From: an uncultured Spirochaetota bacterium
Lineage (GTDB): Bacteria > Spirochaetota > Spirochaetia > SZUA-6 > Fen-1364
Reading direction: 5' to 3'
Length of the DNA stretch: 64,000 nucleotides
NCBI GenBank assembly: GCA_963820525.1
Contig: CAWGAA010000001.1
Coordinates: 160,001 to 224,000 of the forward strand
Shown here piece by piece: positions 59,717-64,000 of this stretch; positions within the stretch are counted from its first letter, which is position 1; the number at the start of each line of letters is the position of its first letter. The position numbers and the translations under genes were made by a program. Under the pieces are notes generated by a model. It saw nothing but the letters and a program-made list of their open reading frames with translations. It was not told where the DNA came from and ran no database searches.

Positions 59717-60943
59717 AACTCGTGGTGATCGGGGCTCAGTGGGGAGATGAGGGCAAGGGGAAGATCGTCGATTTCCTCGCCCAGAACGCTGATCTCGTCC
59801 TTCGTTTCTCCGGCGGAGCGAACGCCGGCCATACCATCGTCAAAGGCGGGCAGACCTTCAAGCTCCACCTTCTTCCTTCCGGCATCGTCTATCCGGACAA
59901 GACCGTCATCCTGGGCATCGGCATGGTTATCGACCCACAGGCGCTCTTCGATGAGCTGGCCATGATCGAGAAGTCGGGAATCCGATGGGAGGGGAGGGTG
60001 CTGGTGTCAGACAGGGCTCACATGGTCCTGCCGCGTTACCGGGAGATCGACAAGCAGAAGGATGGGTCGCGCATCACTCCCATCGGGACCACGGGGCGCG
60101 GGATCGGCGTCACCTATGCCCTGAAGGCGGACCGTGACGGGATCCGCGTGGCCGACCTCTACGACTCGAAGGTGTGGGCCCGCATCCCCGCCGGCGACAA
60201 GGCCTACCTGGAACCCTTGAAGGAGAGGCTTCGCCCTATGGTCGTCGACGTCTCGCTGTACCTGGCAAAGAGCGCGGCGCGGCAGATTCTCTTCGAGGGG
60301 GCCCAGGGGACCCTCCTCGACCTTGACTTCGGCACCTATCCCTATGTCTCCTCGGGAATCTCGGCGGCGGCGGGGGCCCCCATCGGTGCGGGGATCGGGC
60401 CCCATGCGATAGACCGCGTCATCGGGGTGTTCAAGGCATACTCGACGCGTGTGGGCAATGGCCCGTTTCCCAGCGAGTTCAAAGAAGAGCGCGACGGAAA
60501 CCTCTGCGATACGGTGCGGGGCATCGGCCAGGAGTACGGGGTTACTACGGGAAGGCCGCGGCGCTGCGGTTACCTGGACCTGGTGGCCCTGCGTTACGCC
60601 TGCCGTTCCAACTCGATCGACTCGCTGGCCCTCACGAAGCTCGACGTGTACGACGGCTTCGACGAGATAAAGGCGTGCATCGCCTATGAGTATGCCGGCA
60701 GTCGTCTCGAGGAGTTCCCCGCCACGCTGGAGGTGCTGGAATGCGCCGCTCCCGTCACCGTGAGCTTCCCCGGCTGGAAGGAGGAGGCCAAGAAAGCGAG
60801 ATCCTACGGCAAGCTTCCCTCGGAGGCCAGAGAGTATATCGCGTTCATCGAGAAGTATGTCGGGGTTCCCGTCTCGATCGTCTCCGTGGGAAGCGAGCGG
60901 GATCAGACCATTGCTCAGGAAGGACCCGTGGACAAGATCCTGA
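59713..60943 (+). CDS. purA: Adenylosuccinate synthetase (reads through into guaA as assembled)
   Basis: GAQWGDEGKGK, GGANAGHT, EGAQG, GVTTGRPRRCG; natural end is probably ...RKDPWTRS* at 60943. Confidence 0.92.
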
Positions 60944-62481
60944 TCCTGGACTTCGGCAGCCAGAGCACGCAGCTCATCGGCAGGCGGGTGCGGCAGCTCG
61001 GGGTCTACAGCGAGATCGTGGCGGGAGATTCGCCCGTCGGTGATATCGACTTCACGGACGCCAAGGGAATCATCCTCTCCGGTTCGCCGTTTTCCGTCTA
61101 CGAGGAGGGAGCCCCCGTCGTGGACCGGGAGATATACTCCAAAGGCCTGCCAGTGCTCGGAATCTGCTATGGGCTTCACAGGCTGGCCACGGACCATGGA
61201 GGCACGGTCTCTTCCCTCGGCCACAAGGAGTACGGGAGGGCCCGCATCGAGCTCAAGGAGAAAACGAAGCTGTTCTCCCGGGTGCCCCGGCGATCCTTCC
61301 TCTCGTGGATGAGCCATGGCGACACGGTGACGGAGACGCCGCCCGGGTTCCGCATCATCGCCACTTCAGAGGCGGGACTGCCCGCCGCTTTCGCGGGAGA
61401 CTCCGGCATGAGCTGGGGAGTGCAGTTTCATCCCGAGGTGAGCCACTGCCAGTACGGCATGGAGGTGCTCGAGGCCTTTGTCCTGGACATCAGCGCGGCA
61501 AAGCCCCAATGGGACATGGAGGCTTTCCTCCGCCGCGAAAGAGAAACGATCAGGATTGCCGTGGGCGGCACCGATGTGGTTCTTCTCATCTCCGGCGGGG
61601 TCGATTCCTCCGTCGTTGCTGCCCTCCTGCTCAAGAGCCTGGACCCTGGCCGTGTACGCCTCCTCTACGTAGACACGGGACTGATGCGAAAGGGCGAATC
61701 GCGGGAGGTGATCGAGAACCTCTCGGGCCTTGGGGCTACGTACGTCACCACGGTGGACGCTTCCGATCGATTCTACAGGACGCTGGCAGGCGTGACCGAA
61801 CCCGAGGAGAAGCGCAGGATAATCGGGGACCTGTTCATCAGGGTTCAGGAAGAGGAGATCCGAAAGACGGGTCTCACCGAGTATTTCCTGGCGCAGGGGA
61901 CCCTCTACACTGACCTCATTGAATCGGGCAGGGGGGTGGGGAAGAAGGCCAATGTGATCAAGACGCATCACAATGTACGCTCCCCCCTCGTCGAAGAGCT
62001 GCGCAGCCGCGGCCGCATCATCGAGCCGCTCTCCACGCTCTACAAGGATGAGGTGAGGAAGCTCGGCTTCACCCTCGGGCTTCAACCCTCCATCGTCTAC
62101 AGACACCCTTTCCCCGGGCCCGGCCTTGCAGTCCGCATCCTGGGTGAAGTGACGCGGGAGAAGTGCGAATTGCTGAGAGAAGCGGATGCGCTTTTCCTTT
62201 CCGAGATCAGGGCCAGGGGGCTGTACGACAAGATCTGGCAGGCATTCTGTGTCCTTTTGCCCGTGAAATCCGTGGGAGTCTCGGGAGACATGAGACGCTA
62301 CGGCCACGTGCTCGCGCTTCGGGCGGTAGCTTCGCTGGACGCTATCACGGCGGACGTTTATCCGTTCCCTATCCAGGACCTTTTGGAGATCTCCTCCCTC
62401 ATCACGAACAGAATCCCGCAGATCGGCAGGGTTGTTTACGACATCTCCAGCAAACCGCCCGCTACGATCGAGTGGGAGTAG
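60928..62481 (+). CDS. guaA: GMP synthase (glutamine-hydrolysing)
   Basis: GTG start after AGGAAGGA; ILDFGSQ, LGICYG, QFHPEV, SGGVDSS, HPFPGPGL, KPPATIEWE. Confidence 0.96.
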   Translation: MDKILILDFGSQSTQLIGRRVRQLGVYSEIVAGDSPVGDIDFTDAKGIILSGSPFSVYEEGAPVVDREIYSKGLPVLGICYGLHRLATDHGGTVSSLGHKEYGRARIELKEKTKLFSRVPRRSFLSWMSHGDTVTETPPGFRIIATSEAGLPAAFAGDSGMSWGVQFHPEVSHCQYGMEVLEAFVLDISAAKPQWDMEAFLRRERETIRIAVGGTDVVLLISGGVDSSVVAALLLKSLDPGRVRLLYVDTGLMRKGESREVIENLSGLGATYVTTVDASDRFYRTLAGVTEPEEKRRIIGDLFIRVQEEEIRKTGLTEYFLAQGTLYTDLIESGRGVGKKANVIKTHHNVRSPLVEELRSRGRIIEPLSTLYKDEVRKLGFTLGLQPSIVYRHPFPGPGLAVRILGEVTREKCELLREADALFLSEIRARGLYDKIWQAFCVLLPVKSVGVSGDMRRYGHVLALRAVASLDAITADVYPFPIQDLLEISSLITNRIPQIGRVVYDISSKPPATIEWE

Positions 62482-62535
62482 GGGCTTTAGATAATAGCTA
62501 TACGTTTCCGATAAATAGGGTAGCGAGGAAAAGCC

Positions 62536-62937
62536 ATGCCGCCAGATTTGCCGGAAAACCCTTCCATCACTGAGATGCTGACATGGATCATGTCGAACTA
62601 CGATATGACCAAATCCGGCCTCGCCCGCATGTTCCAGAAAACCCAGTCCACAATCCACCACTGGCTTCGAACGGGACAGATATCGCACAAGAACCTCATG
62701 AAGGTCCGCTCCAGCTTCTTCTTCCTCCATGACGCCAGGGATCCGCATGCCAACGAGAGGCAATGTGAGCGGTGCGCGAAATGGCTTCCCCTGAGCGAGT
62801 TCCGTGAAGGGAAAGCCATCTGCCACTCCTGTGAGAACTCCCGGACCCTCCAGTACTACTGGGCCCACCGCGACGAACAGCTGTCGAAGCGCAAGGCCAA
62901 GAACTGGTACAACAAGAGGTCGCTCCGCGGTTGTTGA
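62536..62937 (+). CDS. XRE/Cro-like HTH fused to a CxxC...CxxC zinc finger
   Basis: MTKSGLARMFQKTQSTIHHW HTH, then RQCERCAKWLPLSEF...ICHSCE and a basic tail. Confidence 0.7.
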   Translation: MPPDLPENPSITEMLTWIMSNYDMTKSGLARMFQKTQSTIHHWLRTGQISHKNLMKVRSSFFFLHDARDPHANERQCERCAKWLPLSEFREGKAICHSCENSRTLQYYWAHRDEQLSKRKAKNWYNKRSLRGC

Positions 62938-63016
62938 GCGCTGTTTCCCGCGCCGGCAGGCGGCGGCGCTGGCAATGCAGATCGAAATAAGCTATAGTAG
63001 CTGCCGGGAAAACGCA

Positions 63017-63625
63017 ATGCGAACAATCTTTCTTTCGCTCGTCGCGGCTCTCGCTCTCACCTCATGCGTGGGCATCGACAGCAAGATGGTCGTGCGTGCG
63101 GACGGTTCCGGCACCATCGATCTCACCTACAGGATTTCCCAGATGATCGCGGACCTCGGCAAGACCGGCACCGAGCAGGTCCCGCTTCCGCTCCCCGTAA
63201 CCCGCGAGGACTTCGAGCGCGGGCTTGCGGGAGTTCCCGGCGTCCAGCTGAGAGGGTTCGCGCGCACGCAGAACGAGAAGGACATCATCATCAAGGCCCA
63301 GATATCGTTCGACCGCGTCGAATCCCTGGCCCAGGTTGCCGCATTCCGCGCGGAGGCGCCCAGCCTTGTAACTTCGGAGGGGCGCCATACCTTGAGCCAG
63401 CTCATCGTGAAGGGGACCAGGCAGGAGATGAGCCCGGACAGCCTTCAGATGATGGATACCTTATTCCAGGGGTACGCTATCTCGGTTTCGGTCGAAGCTC
63501 CCGCCGCGATCCAATCCACCACCTTGGGCACCGTTTCCCCGGATAAGAGGACTCTGACTTACAATGCATCCGTGAAGGATCTTGCCACCGCGAAAAACGA
63601 CGTGGTCCTTTCCCTTACATGGTAG
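63017..63625 (+). CDS. Lipoprotein (LppM/DUF3153-like)
   Basis: LALTSC lipobox followed by the VRADGSG motif. Confidence 0.7.
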   Translation: MRTIFLSLVAALALTSCVGIDSKMVVRADGSGTIDLTYRISQMIADLGKTGTEQVPLPLPVTREDFERGLAGVPGVQLRGFARTQNEKDIIIKAQISFDRVESLAQVAAFRAEAPSLVTSEGRHTLSQLIVKGTRQEMSPDSLQMMDTLFQGYAISVSVEAPAAIQSTTLGTVSPDKRTLTYNASVKDLATAKNDVVLSLTW

Positions 63626-63636
63626 GAGGAACCGCC

Positions 63637-64000
63637 ATGCAACGCGCACTGAAGCTGCTTTTGGCATGCTGCACATCGATCGTTCTTGTTCTGTTCTCAT
63701 GCGCCACCGCGGGCGGCAACAAACCGGCCGCTATTAACGCGCCGCCCGTAGAATCGTCTTCGGATACCGGCCAGAGCGCCCGCGACGCGGAGAAGCGGAT
63801 GAAGGGGTTCCTCGACAATGGAATGGAGAAGATCGAAGACGGCAGCGTCTCCGAGGGGATTCAACAGCTCGTCGCCGTGCTCGCAGTCAGGGACTCCCTC
63901 GACACCCCTTCCAAGGCGACCGACGATCTGGCGCGCAAGGCCGAGACGGAGCTCACAATGATCGGCTCCGCGCTCACCCTCGATACGGGCACGGAGTGGG
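63637..64000 (+). CDS. Lipoprotein, partial (runs off the window)
   Basis: AGGAGG RBS; MQRALKLLLACCTSIVLVLFSC lipobox; frame open to the end of the window. Confidence 0.75.
   Translation, partial: MQRALKLLLACCTSIVLVLFSCATAGGNKPAAINAPPVESSSDTGQSARDAEKRMKGFLDNGMEKIEDGSVSEGIQQLVAVLAVRDSLDTPSKATDDLARKAETELTMIGSALTLDTGTEW

Noticed and set aside
1..64000. tRNA, rRNA, transposase, integrase or prophage genes
   Set aside because: No such motifs seen; nearly all of the sequence is accounted for by protein-coding genes.

Overview
GC-rich bacterial chromosomal segment, almost certainly from a spirochaete (cfpA, TP0733-like outer-membrane barrel, pallilysin-related adhesin-like gene, spirochaete-type LptD). 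It is mostly housekeeping: murI-rsgA-mutS2, uvrA-lptD, phoH-7TM/HD phosphodiesterase-ybeY, pgk-tpiA-secG-PTS IIA followed by a complete V/A-type ATPase operon and a USP, dnaJ-like-surA-nusB-bactofilin-map-PRTase, miaB, cfpA-ORF-ppdK-like, and purB-purA-guaA. I found no rRNA, tRNA, CRISPR array, transposase or integrase. About 7-8 small indels, several in homopolymers, split or fuse genes. These look like long-read consensus errors, and the apparent purA-guaA fusion is probably one of them. The best candidate for an undescribed system is the cfpA locus. The gene after cfpA ends in an HPr-like domain with a putative phospho-His on an Ala/Pro tether. The next gene is a PPDK homologue that has lost key ATP-grasp residues but keeps the PEP site and phospho-His, suggesting a PEP-driven, Enzyme-I-like phosphorelay next to the cytoplasmic filament gene. 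Other signals: a HEPN/DUF4145-like gene pair, two REP/BIME-like repeat clusters, several apparently leaderless promoters, an AT-rich patch inside a vWA gene, a CTG-start GlgD-like gene, and an HTH-zinc finger gene directly after guaA. All family calls come from motif recognition by eye, not database searches.
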